Below the pieces are notes generated by a model. It made no database searches. It worked only from the letters and a program-made list of their open reading frames with translations, and was not told the origin of the DNA. Shown in pieces: positions 25,447 to 39,127 of a stretch of 49,154 nucleotides of DNA. Position numbers and translations under genes: made by a program. Origin of the DNA: Octopus sinensis (lineage: Eukaryota); the NCBI RefSeq assembly GCF_006345805.1, contig NW_021831700.1:1-49154 (forward strand), read 5' to 3'. Numbering within the stretch: the stretch's first letter is position 1; each line of letters starts with the position of its first letter.

Positions 25447-25606
25447 AATCAAGTTCACCTGCATTTTGCAAGGCGCATCAACTTATGCATTGAAAATGAT
25501 GGAAATCACTTTGAAAATATTATTTATTAACATTATAATTAAATAAATTGCTTTTGTTTAAAAGTATGTGTTAATCCCCATGTACGCAGACTTTGTGGAC
25601 ACCCTC
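25447..25606 (+). mobile_element. 3' remnant of a Tc1/mariner-superfamily element
   Basis: VHLHFARRINLCIENDGNHFENIIY* resembles the transposase C-terminus; TIR-like GTGGACACCCTC followed by TA. Confidence 0.65.
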
Positions 25607-26574
25607 TATTATTTTGTAAAACAATATTGAATTAGTTTAAACGTGCACACATGCATAAAAATAATTTTTAATTGAATTAGACATTTGAAAATACTATTAA
25701 ATTTCATTCAAATTTTAAAAAAAGGTAAAATTGGACAGGACTGATTGGATGACTTGATATATAATCTATGATATTCAATTAGGTTTCAAGTTTATAACAC
25801 CGTGATATCTCATGTTATCTCATTTTATATGCCTAAGACGTTTATTTTCTATTCTGGTTTTTATATATTTCTATACATTATATTTGTATCTATAATCTAT
25901 TTTAAGCCGAATCATAATACGATCCTTGTACAAACGAATGAACAAGAATGTCCTCTGGAACTTTTATCTTCCACCGGTGTTTGTAATCGATGGTGACATG
26001 TGCGATGATTTTGCGACTATCTTATATTTTACAGAGAAATTGGAAGCCCCGAATGTAAGCCACCACTTTATGCATAATACAATATTTATAGTTCTCTATT
26101 TCTATCTCAAATTCTGTCCTCAATAATTATAGATCTCTATTTCTAAATGTAATTCTTTTTCTTCTCATTCAGTTTATAACTATAACACGCATTCTTGTCT
26201 GTCTCTTGACAAAGCTTTTTTTTCTCCAGCGTTCACCACTTCACCTCGTTAGGGTTAAACAGCCTTTACCGAATGTTTTCACTGTCCTGTTTTTGTTAGT
26301 AGCTTTGATGTTCCACGTATCTCAAATTCTATTTAATTTGCTTTGGGGGAGCAATTGCTTTGACGAAGACGCTCGCAATGCAGAGTAGGTAAATCTGCCA
26401 ACAATTGAAGAAGGGTTGTTTTTTTATGCTGCCTTCACGCTATAGTTCTCTATATATAATGGAAATTCTTTCTTTCCTGCCAACCCAACCCAGCCCAACC
26501 CGACCCAACCCAACACCCATAGGGTCGACTGTGGGCTGGTAGCCGTGTACAGTCGGCCCAGTGTCGCCAAGAGC

Positions 26575-26695
26575 GAGCTCTGGCCGGTCTGAGGCTATGG
26601 CAGAAGACACATGCCAAGTTACCACTCAGTGGGACTGAACTGAGGACCAAGTGTTTTGGAACCAAGTTTGTTACCACACAGCCACACCTGCACCT
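26575..26695 (-). mobile_element. Old SINE head related to group A
   Basis: gtgcaggtgtggctgtgtggtaa...ttcagtcccactgagtgg...gtgtcttctgccatagcc. Confidence 0.65.
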
Positions 26696-26931
26696 GTGTG
26701 TGTGTGTGTGTATCGGTATGTGTGTATGGGTGTATATATGTATGCATGTATATATGTGTACATATTACATGTACATCTATGTATACATCTAGACATACAT
26801 GTTTACATATACAGCTATACATATACATCAGTATATATAGATGTATTTATATATATATGTATATATATTATACATGTATATAAAAGCAGCAGAAATTCAA
26901 CAAACATATATACATGTAATATATATAATAT

Positions 26932-27511
<580 letters not shown>

Positions 27512-27700
27512 CTAGTCGTCATGATAGATCGATAGCCACTACACACATTTTTTTCCTCCTTGTTGTTTCTGTGCCCCTTTCTGTAGAAGCGCGTAGGTTC
27601 GAAACGTAAAATACTTTTTCTATTCCTGCGCGTTGTATTAACACATCTGTTTGTTTTGTACACCACTATCTTCGTTTTTTGTTTTTTCGTAAACTCTCCC
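27512..27700 (+). mobile_element. Second copy of the 415-610 repeat; degenerate hammerhead-like motif at 27578-27611
   Basis: TTT-CTGTAGA-A-GCGC(GTAG)GTTC-GAAAC-GTA-AAA. Confidence 0.55.
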
Positions 27701-28180
<480 letters not shown>

Positions 28181-28665
28181 GCAATAACTGAAACCAGTAA
28201 ATAAATAAAAATAATATGAAAGAAGTATATATGTATGTGTGTGTGAGTATGGAGAGCAGAAGCCATTCTCGAAACCTTGAAACTGTAAAAAGAGAATGAG
28301 GAAGCAGCATGTCTATTGGCCATAGTCTGGAGTGTGTCTGTGAGCAACGCTGCGACAATCGATCGATTGGTGTGCAAAATTAAAAATAAGGAAGTTAATG
28401 TCGAAATAAATCCTTTTAGTATATGACGTGTCTCATTCTTTTAACATTCCGCTTACTGTAAAAGAAAGCAGTTCATTTTTTTGAACTAAAATGAATTTCA
28501 AGAGCTGCGAACAATTCAGAAAAGTGTCCAGTAAGAGCGATTATGAATGAAAGGTTCAAAATATAATTAATATCCTGTTTGCAAATATTTCCAATAAAAG
28601 TAGTCGTTCTGCCAAAAACATGTAAGATTAAAAGAAAACAATCAATTACAGCTAGAACGAGACAT

Positions 28666-29051
28666 GTAGAAGCACTCCGTCGGTTACAACGACGAGGGTT
28701 CCGGCTGATCCGAATCAACGGAACAGCTTGCTCGTGAAATTAACGTGTAAGTGGCTGAGCACTCCACAGACACGTGTACCCTTAACGTAGTTCTCGGGGA
28801 TATTCAGCGTGACACAGAGAGTGACAAGGCCGGCCCTTTGAAATACAGGTGCAACAGAAACAGGAAGTAAGAGTAAGAGAAAGTTGTGGTGAAAGAGTAC
28901 AGCAGGGATCACCACCATCCCCTGCCGGAGCTTCGTGGAGCTTTAGGTGTTTTCGCTCAATAAACACTCACAACGCCCGGTCTGGGAATCGAAACCGTGA
29001 TCCTATAACCGCGAGTCCGCTGCCCTAACCACTGGGCCATTGCGCCTCCAC
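28666..29051 (-). mobile_element. SINE group B
   Basis: 12-bp TSD AGAACGAGACAT at 28654-28665 and 29052-29063. Confidence 0.93.
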
Positions 29052-29256
29052 AGAACGAGACATACTTTATTAAGATATGCATTTATAGGAATGTGAGAGA
29101 AAAGAAAGGAGAAGGGAGAAGGAATAGGTGAGGGATAGAATAGTGAGTTGACTATTTAGGGATACATGGTAAAAAGAACATGGATAAGACGAAATATAGC
29201 TAATTTAGTCAAACACTACATATGAGATTTAATGTTAAAAGCCAAACAACAAATAT

Positions 29257-29464
29257 ACTCTTTACTCTTTTACTCTTTTACTTGTTTCAGTCATTTGACT
29301 GCGGCCATGCTGGAGCACCGCCTTTAGTCGAGCAAATCGACCCCAGGACTTATTCTTTGTAAGCCCAGTACTTATTCTATCGGTCTCTTTTGCCGAACCG
29401 CTAAGTGACGGGGACGTAAACACACCAGCATCGTTGTCAAGGAATGCTAGGGGAACAAACACAG

Positions 29465-29538
<74 letters not shown>

Positions 29539-29704
29539 TACGACAGGCTTTTTCAGTTTCCGTCTACCAAATCCACTCACAAGGCATTGGTCGGCCCGGG
29601 GCTATAGCAGAAGACACTTGCCCAAGATGCCACGCAGTGGGACTGAAACCGGAACCATGTGGTTGGTTAGCAAGCTACTTACCACACAGCCACTCCTGCG
29701 CCTA
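29257..29704 (-). mobile_element. SINE group A, full length
   Basis: Homology to other group A copies. Confidence 0.92.
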
Positions 29705-30828
29705 TACTACTGCGGAAATTTATCAATTTCATAACTTTGCAATGTTCTGTATATAAAGTAAAGCCACAGTTATTATTCCGAATACACCAACTTAAAAAAG
29801 ATAAGCAAATTGAACATGTATTACACTAATAAACTAACTGAGAGTGGTAGAGTGGCGGGAATGTAGAGGGACACTTTGGAGTATGAAGTTATGGTATTAT
29901 GAATTGAAATCTTGCTGGTCTCGACTTTGCCTTTCAACATTCTGTGTAGATGAAATAATTGCCAGTGAAGGGCGTAGGTCAATTTAGTTGTGAATTCGCC
30001 TCACAAACGTATGGCCTTGTGTACATATTAATAAATCATAACTACACTAAGAAGCATGAAAACCTATTTACAGTTCAAATAATGTTTTGAAATAGGGAGT
30101 AAATGTGTCGTTAGCAACGTGATAGCTAGTTTATTCGAACAAATCGTTTTTCTGAAATGAGTGTAAAATATATATACTATATTTGCTTTTTGCTGATAAA
30201 TCACTCCTAATTTAAGCATGCCTTTACTCACTGCAGCCCTTTAAGTAATCTCGATACCCACTGGGCTGCTAACATTCAGTTTGGAAAACGATTGTAATAG
30301 AGTAATGCGTTTCTCAGCAGCATTAATGACGGGAACGAAGAAAAATGCTTACTGTTGTGAATCAATACCTAATCACAGTGTGATCTTCTCACTAGAAACT
30401 TACCTTTTATTACCCAGATGGCATTACATGGTAGGATGACAATGATACTTATAATTATAGAGATATCACTTATACTATCATATAAAATCCAGCTGTGAAG
30501 CCAGCAACTAAATAGATTTAATCATAAACATTGATATTGCTATGCATTTGAGAAATATGTTTATTGACGATTTGTAATTAACATAAATGTTTGCCAATAA
30601 AAATGTATTTTTTTACGCTGATGGCAGAGGGAAAACGTTCGTGAGGGCTGTATGATTGAAGTGGTTAATGTTCGGTGTGGACACCTATAGGTCAATATTT
30701 TCACACAACAAAACATAAATTAATGTAAGAGCTAAATAGAGGAGAAAGTGAAGCTGCATGGCCTACTGCGTTCGTTTCATCATAAGGTTGGTGATTCAAT
30801 TTCTGAGTCGGGCAGGACAACCTATTGT

Positions 30829-31042
30829 GGCGAGCTGGTAGAATCGTTAGCACGCCGGGCGAAATACTTAGCAGTATTTCGCCTGCGGTTACGTTCTGAG
30901 TTCAAATTCCGCCGAGGTCGACTTTGCCTTTCATCCTTTCGGGGTCGATTAAATAAGTACCAGTTACGCACAGGAGTCGATATAATCGACTTAATCCGTT
31001 TGTCCCCTCTGTGTTTAGCCCCTTGTGGGTAGTAAAGAAAGA
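30829..31042 (+). mobile_element. SINE group C (central gcctttcatcctttcggggtcgat..aagtaccag domain, MetaSINE-like)
   Basis: Homology to 33375, 34588 and 36957; the domain name is from recall. Confidence 0.88.
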
Positions 31043-31549
31043 GTATTGTGTTCTTGAACAAGGCACTTCATTTCCCTTTGCTCCACGTACTCAGCTGTTG
31101 AATTCTGGATGTTTCACTGAGTCAAGGGTGAGACGGTCGAGAGGATGTCTATGTCTGCGACTGCACAGGTCCTTAAACAATTAGTGAAAACATGGTACAT
31201 GTTGCCAAGTCATAACACGCTCGTAAATGGCCGTTGTCCTTTACTGTAGTGAGGAAAGGGTTCCAATGAGTAACATTTCAGGGGAATTAGGAAAGATAGA
31301 AATGTTTAAGTGGAGAATAGAATGTGAGGTAGTGAAAGGGTAAGCGGAAAATAATGGCGAATTGAGACTCGAGGCTTTTGTGTGAGATATTACGCAACTT
31401 ACTAGTTCTGAGTAGCAGTGCTATTACAGTATCGAGAGGAAAAGTCGAAAGTAGGACAGCGCGAGTTTGTGGATCCTACGTCGTGGTGTTGGTGTATACT
31501 CTTGCCAGTCAATAAGTAGTTATTTTGCATTCAATCATATGTACATTCT

Positions 31550-31822
31550 TACACACACGCACACATACACATGCGCCCGCATACATACATACATACATAC
31601 ATGCATACGTGCATACATACATACATACATGCATACCTACATACATACATACATACATACACATACATACATACATGCATGCATACATACATACATACAT
31701 ACATACATACATGCATGCATACATACATACATACATACATATACATACATACATACATGCATGCATACATACATACATACATACATACATACATACATAC
31801 ATACATACATACATACATGCAT
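31550..31822. repeat. (CATA)n with CATG interruptions
   Basis: Direct inspection. Confidence 0.95.
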
Positions 31823-32113
31823 ACAATGCCCATCAAGTACTACTCATATAAGAAAATTCTATCGTCTCCCGTAAATAAGAGCTACATTTAGATGGAGCGC
31901 TTATCGTTACACCAAACTCTGATCTTCGTTATCATCGATGATATCTGATTGCAAATGCACATCATTAACAGATCCGAGAACCTCACCCTAAAGACTGTCC
32001 TTTTTTTTTTTTTTTTTCAAGGCAAGATAATATTTCAATCCCCTACATTTACTGACAAAGCAGGGCTCAAATGAGATTGAAAATAAGTATTGTTTACACA
32101 TCATAAACAGTGG

Positions 32114-32280
32114 GGCGCAGGAGTGGCTGTGTGGTAAGTCGCTTGCTAACCAACCAAATGGTTCCCGGGTTCAGTCTCACTGCGTGGCATCTTGGGCAAG
32201 TGTCTTCTGCTATAGCCCCCCGGGCCGACCAATGCCTTGTGAGTGGATTTGGTAGACGGAAACTGAAAGAAGCCTGTCGT
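32114..32280 (+). mobile_element. SINE group A, 5' half only
   Basis: Ends at the internal (TA)n. Confidence 0.88.
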
Positions 32281-32310
32281 ATATATGTATAATCTATATA
32301 TATATATATA

Positions 32311-32810
32311 TCACAATCAAGGAATGGCCATAATAGGCCATTCACCCACTAGAAATAACAGCCAAAGCTTCAACCGCCAAAATAACATCAATTCCGCAAA
32401 CCAGGAGAAAATTAAAAAAACATTTACCCTGTAATTTCTTATACGATGCACCGTTTCATTATTGTTTAATGGTAAAAACTAACCTGATTAAATTAAATCA
32501 AGTCAATCTTCCATAGGCCGATAGATTCGTCAGTAAGAAACACCAAGATCCGAGCAGATATTATCACGAGGCACCTCTGTCCCTGCTCGGCAATATCTGA
32601 CCTAAAATTTTCAAATCATCGCACTCGCGCCAAATTTATCGGCAGCAAATATAAGCCGCCGATTCCATTACGGAATTAACCAGAAAATTCATAATTAATC
32701 AATATAGGGTGGCAAAAAATTTCGTAGAATTTATTTGCCACCAGCGGCCTAGTGAGAAAAAAATTAAATAGTCATAGACCATTTATAAGTTCAACATCAC
32801 AATCAAGGAA
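32311..32810 (+). repeat. ~486-bp repeat unit with 14-bp terminal redundancy (TCACAATCAAGGAA)
   Basis: Direct repeat at 32311-32324 and 32797-32810; permuted homologue at 37371-37574. Confidence 0.7.
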
Positions 32811-33374
32811 GCCTAATTTGATTCGACACTTAGGCTGATCGCGTCCGAAGAATCAGGCATGCCTTTACTTCTGGGGAGTTTTGAGATCAAGTTTTGAACT
32901 ATTAACCTTTACGACACGTGATCAGTGATCTTTCCCTTAATTTGTGTGTGTATGTGTGTATGTGTGTGTGTGTGTCTGTGTGTGTACACGTGTATGTGTG
33001 CTAGCAACAGTCATCTCCATTGTGTATCATTCTTTTATTTCTCCACTCACTTCTCCTTTCTTTCTTCTTCTCTCTCCCTCTCTCTCTACCTGCCCCCTCT
33101 CTCTTCCCCCCCCCCACATACTCTACTGACCCCCACTGGAGCTTGACAGTGTCCAATATCAAAGATACTATCCATCTCTTTAATAGCTATTTCCTCATGC
33201 ATTATCGCAGTAAACAAAATCTATACGTATTGATTTATCTTCGTTGTTTTGTTGCTGTTGTTGCTACAGACGTCGTTTTCTCATATTGTTATTATCTTTA
33301 TTACTACCATTGTTCATGTTACTGGTGCAGCTGCTGTGATGGTCACTTTTGGGGTGGTAGTTGATGCTATAGAA

Positions 33375-33605
33375 GGCGGCGAGCTGGCAGAAACGTTAGC
33401 ACGCCGGGCGAAATGCGTAGCCGTATTTCGTCTGCCGTTACGTTCTGGGTTCAAATTCCGCCGAGGTCGACTTTGCCTTTCATCCTTTCGGGGTCGATTA
33501 AATAAGTACCAGTTACGCACTGGGGTCGATATAATCGACTTAATTCGTTTATCTGTCCTTGTTTGTCCCCTCTGTGTTCAGCTCCTTGTGGGTAGTAAAG
33601 AAATA
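33375..33605 (+). mobile_element. SINE group C
   Basis: 15-bp TSD GGTAGTTGATGCTAT at 33356-33370 and 33606-33620. Confidence 0.93.
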
Positions 33606-33689
33606 GGTAGTTGATGCTATTGTTACTGTTGTTTTAGCTCAAGGGTGGTGCGAGTGCTAATAGTGATGGTTGTGCTTGTAGTGGTAATT

Positions 33690-35070
33690 TTCTGTTGAAA
33701 ATCTTTCTCAAAAGTCGGGTGCTGATGGCGACCACCCACGTCATCTACGACTGAACGGACTGGAACGTCTTTTCTTTCGTTCCGTTTCACAAAAAAGGGC
33801 GCTTTTTTGTTCAAGTGGTCTTGCGTTCCATTCGCTGTCAACACCTGCTACATGGAAGGCTGGGCGTGCCATGGTTGATGATGCACAGACATGCCATGAG
33901 GTTACATCTCCAACAATTCCTTTAGGGTAAAGAGCTGTGGCCGCTATTAGTAAGAGAGGTTTTTCTTACAACTCGTCTGTTTCACACATTTACAGCTCTG
34001 GATCAAGCAAAGACCGAGAAAGAGTACTTGGCATTTGAAATGTTGTTAGGTGCTTGCGGACCTCTACAAATCGAGAAACGTGGGAGGTGAAAGCCTTATA
34101 GAGTATTTATTGTTGGCGAATCTGTAAGTCAATGAAAATCAGCTAGCTGGTCTGTTCAGAAAGATTTTCGGGCTAGGACCCATAGAAAATTTACAAAATC
34201 CTCTATTTCGCAGTGCTACCGGGATTAACAACTCTACAGACATGGTAGAGCTGTCAACCAAGCATGTCTGAAATGCACGCAGAGGGACGAAACTATTCTG
34301 CATGCGCTCATCCAGTGCCCCGAACATTGCTGACTTTTGGAGATATGCCAAATACATGCTGTCACGTGTCGGACAGATCCGGCTAGGGCTGGCTTTATTG
34401 TAAAAATCATTCTACTGCTCTTCTTGGGCTGGGAAGAGCAGAAAGTGACTTTCACGAAAGTGGCTGTGTAGTGTACGAGGCAGAAAGCAATGAAAATAGA
34501 CACTTCCCTGTTCGGCCAATTAAAAAGGAAGGTGAAGCTGGAAAGACAGAAGTTGTCCCACGATACATTTGTTGTTAGGTAGGTATAGGCGGCGAGCTGG
34601 CAGAAACGTTAGCACGCCGGGCGAAATGCGTAGCCGTATTTCGTCTGCTGTTACGTTCTGAGTTCAAATTCCGCCGAGGTCGACTTTGCCTTTCCTCCTT
34701 TCGGGGTCGATAAATTAAGTACCAGTTACGCACTGGGGTTGATGTAATCGACTTAATCCGTTTGTCTGTCCTTGTTTGTCCTCTCTGTGTTTAGCCCCTC
34801 GTGGGTAGTAAAGAAATAGGTATATGTGGCGAGGATGGCCCAAATGAATGACTTTACTTTCAGCTTGCACCTATAAGCTGTAAAGAACGGATGGGAGAAG
34901 AGCGCCTCCAAGTGATGCCTGTGGGTTTCCTTAACAGACTCTGGAATGTACGCCTCCTCTATTGGGCATATTTTGTTTTTATCAGTTTCGTGTTGTTATT
35001 GTATTGTTTATACGTGTAAATAAAAAGCTACCCTTTGTCTTTTGGTTTTGTAATATATTGTAGCCAATAA
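33690..35070 (+). mobile_element. Old, degraded Tx1-clade LINE 3' part, interrupted by a SINE
   Basis: RSICCQH..GRLGVPWLMMHRHAMRL, ETILHALIQC-like and RWVYVARM segments match the 11746-14790 element; homologous 3' end with AATAAA. Confidence 0.8.
34588..34820 (+). mobile_element. SINE group C nested in the old Tx1 LINE
   Basis: 8-bp TSD TAGGTATA at 34580-34587 and 34817-34824. Confidence 0.93.
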
Positions 35071-35139
35071 ATCATCCTCCTCTTCCGCCTACGCATCATC
35101 ATCATCACCATCATCACCACCACCACCACCACCACCACC

Positions 35140-35171
<32 letters not shown>

Positions 35172-35179
35172 TATTATTG

Positions 35180-35725
35180 AGTAAAAGAGCAGCGCATGTT
35201 ATCAAAGTGACACTGGGGCAAAATATATGAAGCCCAGTATACCCATCATGACTACCCATCTGATAATGGTTACATCAGGCACATGCATCACAACCATGTG
35301 TGCGCAACATGGTAATTCCATGTAAAGATAAACAGCGCATTACCTTGCAGGTGGGACCCAGTTAGAATTTTCTTCAGCTCGAGTAGCACATACCGCTCAA
35401 AACGGACCATGAAAAAAAGGTTGTTTAAGGATGTTGAACGAAACACCAATGTTTCCAGAGATGAATTATCCAAACTCCAAAAAATTACTTTCAAGACATG
35501 GCTATGATGCTCCCCAACTACTTCTGCTCATGATCAGAGATGCACATATCCCCAGCCACTAAGGAACATACTCAACTGGTTAAGGTTAAACTACTGAAAA
35601 GCAAATCTGAGATATTGAGCAGAATATTTGCTGTAGCCCACCTTTTATACCATGACAAAACAATGTGCACGAAAACACTTCCGATCAGAAGCCAGGGGTG
35701 TCCCTGCCTGGTACTACACCAGGGT
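35180..35725. repeat. Probable interspersed repeat of uncertain class
   Basis: Complex sequence recalled as a common octopus repeat; only one copy in the window. Confidence 0.35.
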
Positions 35726-35773
<48 letters not shown>

Positions 35774-35940
35774 TTCATCATCATTATTTTCAAGACGGCA
35801 AGCTGGCAGAAACTTTAGCACACCGGGCAAAAATACTTAACGCCATTTTGTTCGTCCGCCGCTCATTTTCATTACAAGTAGATTTAAACACAACACATCA
35901 AGCAACCAGAACACTGACTTTATCATTGTCCAATACATGA

Positions 35941-36348
35941 AGGCGATGAGCTGGCAGAATAGTTAGCACACCGGGTATAATGTCTTTACGTTCTGAGTTC
36001 AAATTCTGCCGAGGTTGACCTTGCCTTTCATCCTTTCGTGGTCGATAAAATAAGTACCAGTTAAACACTGGGGTCGATGTAATCGACTCATACCTTCCTC
36101 AAAATTGCTGTCCTTGTGGCAATATTTGAAACCATTATTATTATCTTTCTTCAAACTTTCTTCCGTTTCTCGCCGATTGTTTTCCGTACACCAAGGGCAG
36201 AGAAGCTCATTGTATGCATTCGCAGATTGCACAAGCAAATTCACAGGTAAAATATGTATTTAAGAAATTAATAAATAAATTCATGAATGGATGTTGTTTT
36301 CACAGTGGTAATGCTCTTCTCAGTACATGAGTCGTTCCAGTTAACACG

Positions 36349-36384
<36 letters not shown>

Positions 36385-36620
36385 TACTACTACTACTACT
36401 ACAACCACTAAGGCGGCGAGCTTGGCAGAATCGTTAGCACGCCGAGCAAAATACTTGGTAGCATTTCGTCCGTCTTTATGTTCTGAGTTCAAATGCCGCT
36501 GTAGTCGACTTTCCTTTCATGCTTCCAGGGTCAATAAAATAAGTACCAGTTCAGTACTGGGATCCATATAAATATACTTAGCCCCTCTCCGAAAATGCTG
36601 TCCTTGTGCCAAAATTTGAA
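35941..36620 (+). mobile_element. Two degenerate SINE group C copies (35941-36130, 36412-36620) amid trinucleotide tracts; further fragment at 35805-35870
   Basis: ggcgagct.ggcagaa head and central domain. Confidence 0.75.
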
Positions 36621-36956
36621 ACCCTTGCTGCTGTTGTTTTTGTTAGGAGTAGTGGAGATGTTGGTGTTGGTGGTGCTGGTGGTACTGGTGGTGCTTTTAG
36701 TAGTGGTGATGGTAGTGGTTATAATGGTGGTGGTAGTAGTGGTAATGGTGATAGTAGCAGTAATAGTGGTGGTAGTGGTGATGGTGGTGGTGGCAGTGGT
36801 GATAGTATCAGTAACAGTGGTGGTGATTGATGTAGTAAGTAGTAGTAGTAGTAGTAGTAGTAGCAGCAGTGGTAGTAGTAGCAGTAGTATCAGTAGTAGT
36901 AGTAGTTGTTGTTGTAGCAGTAGGCTATCTATTGTTTCGTTTCAACAGCTACGATC

Positions 36957-37178
36957 TATTTCTTTACTACCCACAAAGGAGCTAAACACAGAGGGGTCAA
37001 ACAACGACAGACAAACGGATTAAGTCGATTACATCGACCCCCAGTGCGTAACTGGTACTTAATTTATCGACCCCGAAAGGATGAAAGACAAAGTCGACCT
37101 CGGCGGAATTTGAACTCAGAACGTAACGGCTACGCATTTCGCCGTTCGGCGTGCTAACGTTTCTGCCAGCTCGCCGCC
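36957..37178 (-). mobile_element. SINE group C
   Basis: 17-bp TSD TTTCAACAGCTAC(G/A)ATC at 36940-36956 and 37179-37195. Confidence 0.93.
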
Positions 37179-37466
37179 TTTCAACAGCTACAATCGCTGC
37201 TCTTGTTATTATTGCAAATGGTTGCTCGTTTCCATGTAAAGTTTGTTGTTCATGTTATTTCAATAACAACAATCCTTATGGCCATTGTTGCTGTTGTTGC
37301 TCTTATTTTTTCATCTACCTCTTCTCATACCTTATCTTAATTTTATTCTTATGTCATTTATATATATATTAATCAATATCAGGGTAGCAAAAAATTCAAG
37401 AGAAATTTTTTCGCCACCAGCGGTCCAGTGAGAAAGAAAAAATAGTCAACAGACTATATAATATAC

Positions 37467-37702
37467 ATTCAACAATATTAAGGAATGGCCTTGATAGGCC
37501 ATTCGACCCACTAGAAAGAGCAGCTAAACTCAAACCGCTAAATAGTTGTAATTCAGAAACCAAAGGAAAATAAAGATGATAAGGGTAAATGTTTTTTATT
37601 TTCCTTTGGTTTCTGAATTACAACTATTTAGCGGTTTGAGTTTAGCTGCTCTTTGTAGTGGGTCGAATGACCTATCAAGGCCATTCCTTAATATTGTTGA
37701 AT
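37467..37702. repeat. Near-perfect palindrome: 108-bp arms, 20-nt loop, 2 mismatches
   Basis: 37467-37574 against the reverse complement of 37595-37702. Confidence 0.95.
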
Positions 37703-37835
37703 ATATATATATATTTTACTTCTTTTTTTAGTCATAATCTCGCTTTTGTTTTGTTTCTTTTTTTTTTCATCATTCTTCTATCTCCACCATGTTTTCCAAC
37801 CCCCTTCTCGTGACTTTTTTCGTACATCCTCACTT

Positions 37836-37840
37836 ATCAT

Positions 37841-37874
<34 letters not shown>

Positions 37875-38051
37875 GTCGTCGTCGTCGTCCTTGTCATCGT
37901 AATAGTCATGATGTTGATCATCATCATCATAACTACCATCGTCACCACCAACACCATCGTCTTCATCATTATCAATATCAACATTACCATCGTCCCCACA
38001 ACCACCACCACCACCATCATCATCGTCATCATCATCATCATCGTCGTTGTC

Positions 38052-38083
<32 letters not shown>

Positions 38084-38164
38084 CATCATCGTCGTCGTCG
38101 TCGACGCCATCACCATCATCATCATCATCATCATCACCACCACCACCACCACCACACCACCACC

Positions 38165-38210
<46 letters not shown>

Positions 38211-38248
38211 CCATCACCATCATGATCATGATCATGATCATGATCATC

Positions 38249-38280
<32 letters not shown>

Positions 38281-38403
38281 CATCATCGTCGTCGTCGTCG
38301 ACGCCATCACCATCATCATCATCATCATCATCATCACCACCACCACCACCACCATCATCATCATCAGCATCATCATCACCATCACCATCATCATCATCAT
38401 CAT

Positions 38404-38435
<32 letters not shown>

Positions 38436-38782
38436 TCATCTTTCTCTGCTGATATAATTCTAACTACTTTTCAACTTCAGTTGCAAGATAAGTATCATGT
38501 TCACTACTACTACTACGTTATTGTTATTGTTGATGATGATGAAAAGGAGGGGGACGACGACGACGGCAATGATGATAATGATGAGGATGATGATGACGAC
38601 GATGATGATATCGATGATAGCAGTGAGCAAGCTGATGATAACCATTATGACGGGGAGATAGCGATGATGATGGTAGCGATGCTAATGAAAATGGTGATGA
38701 TAGCGATGATGATAATGATGGTGGCAGTGATGATGATGACAACGACGACGACGATGATGATGATGATGATGACGACGACGAC

Positions 38783-38870
<88 letters not shown>

Positions 38871-38975
38871 GTGATGACGATGATGTTGATGATGATGATG
38901 ATGATGATGGTGATGACGATGATGTTGATGATGATGATGGTGATGACGATCGCGGTAGTGGTGGTGATAGCGAAA

Positions 38976-39018
<43 letters not shown>

Positions 39019-39127
39019 CGACGACGATGATGATGATGATGATCGCGGTAGTGGTGGTGACAGCGAAAATTATGATGATGATGATGATGATGATGATGAT
39101 AATGATGATGATGATAATGATAATGAT
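37836..39127. repeat. (CAT/CAC/CGT)n block followed by an opposite-strand (GAT/GAC/GGT)n block
   Basis: Strand switch across 38440-38530. Confidence 0.92.

Noticed and set aside
32490-32533. Minus-strand CTGACGA in the 486-bp unit as a hammerhead core
   Set aside because: The following stem is not followed by GAAA.
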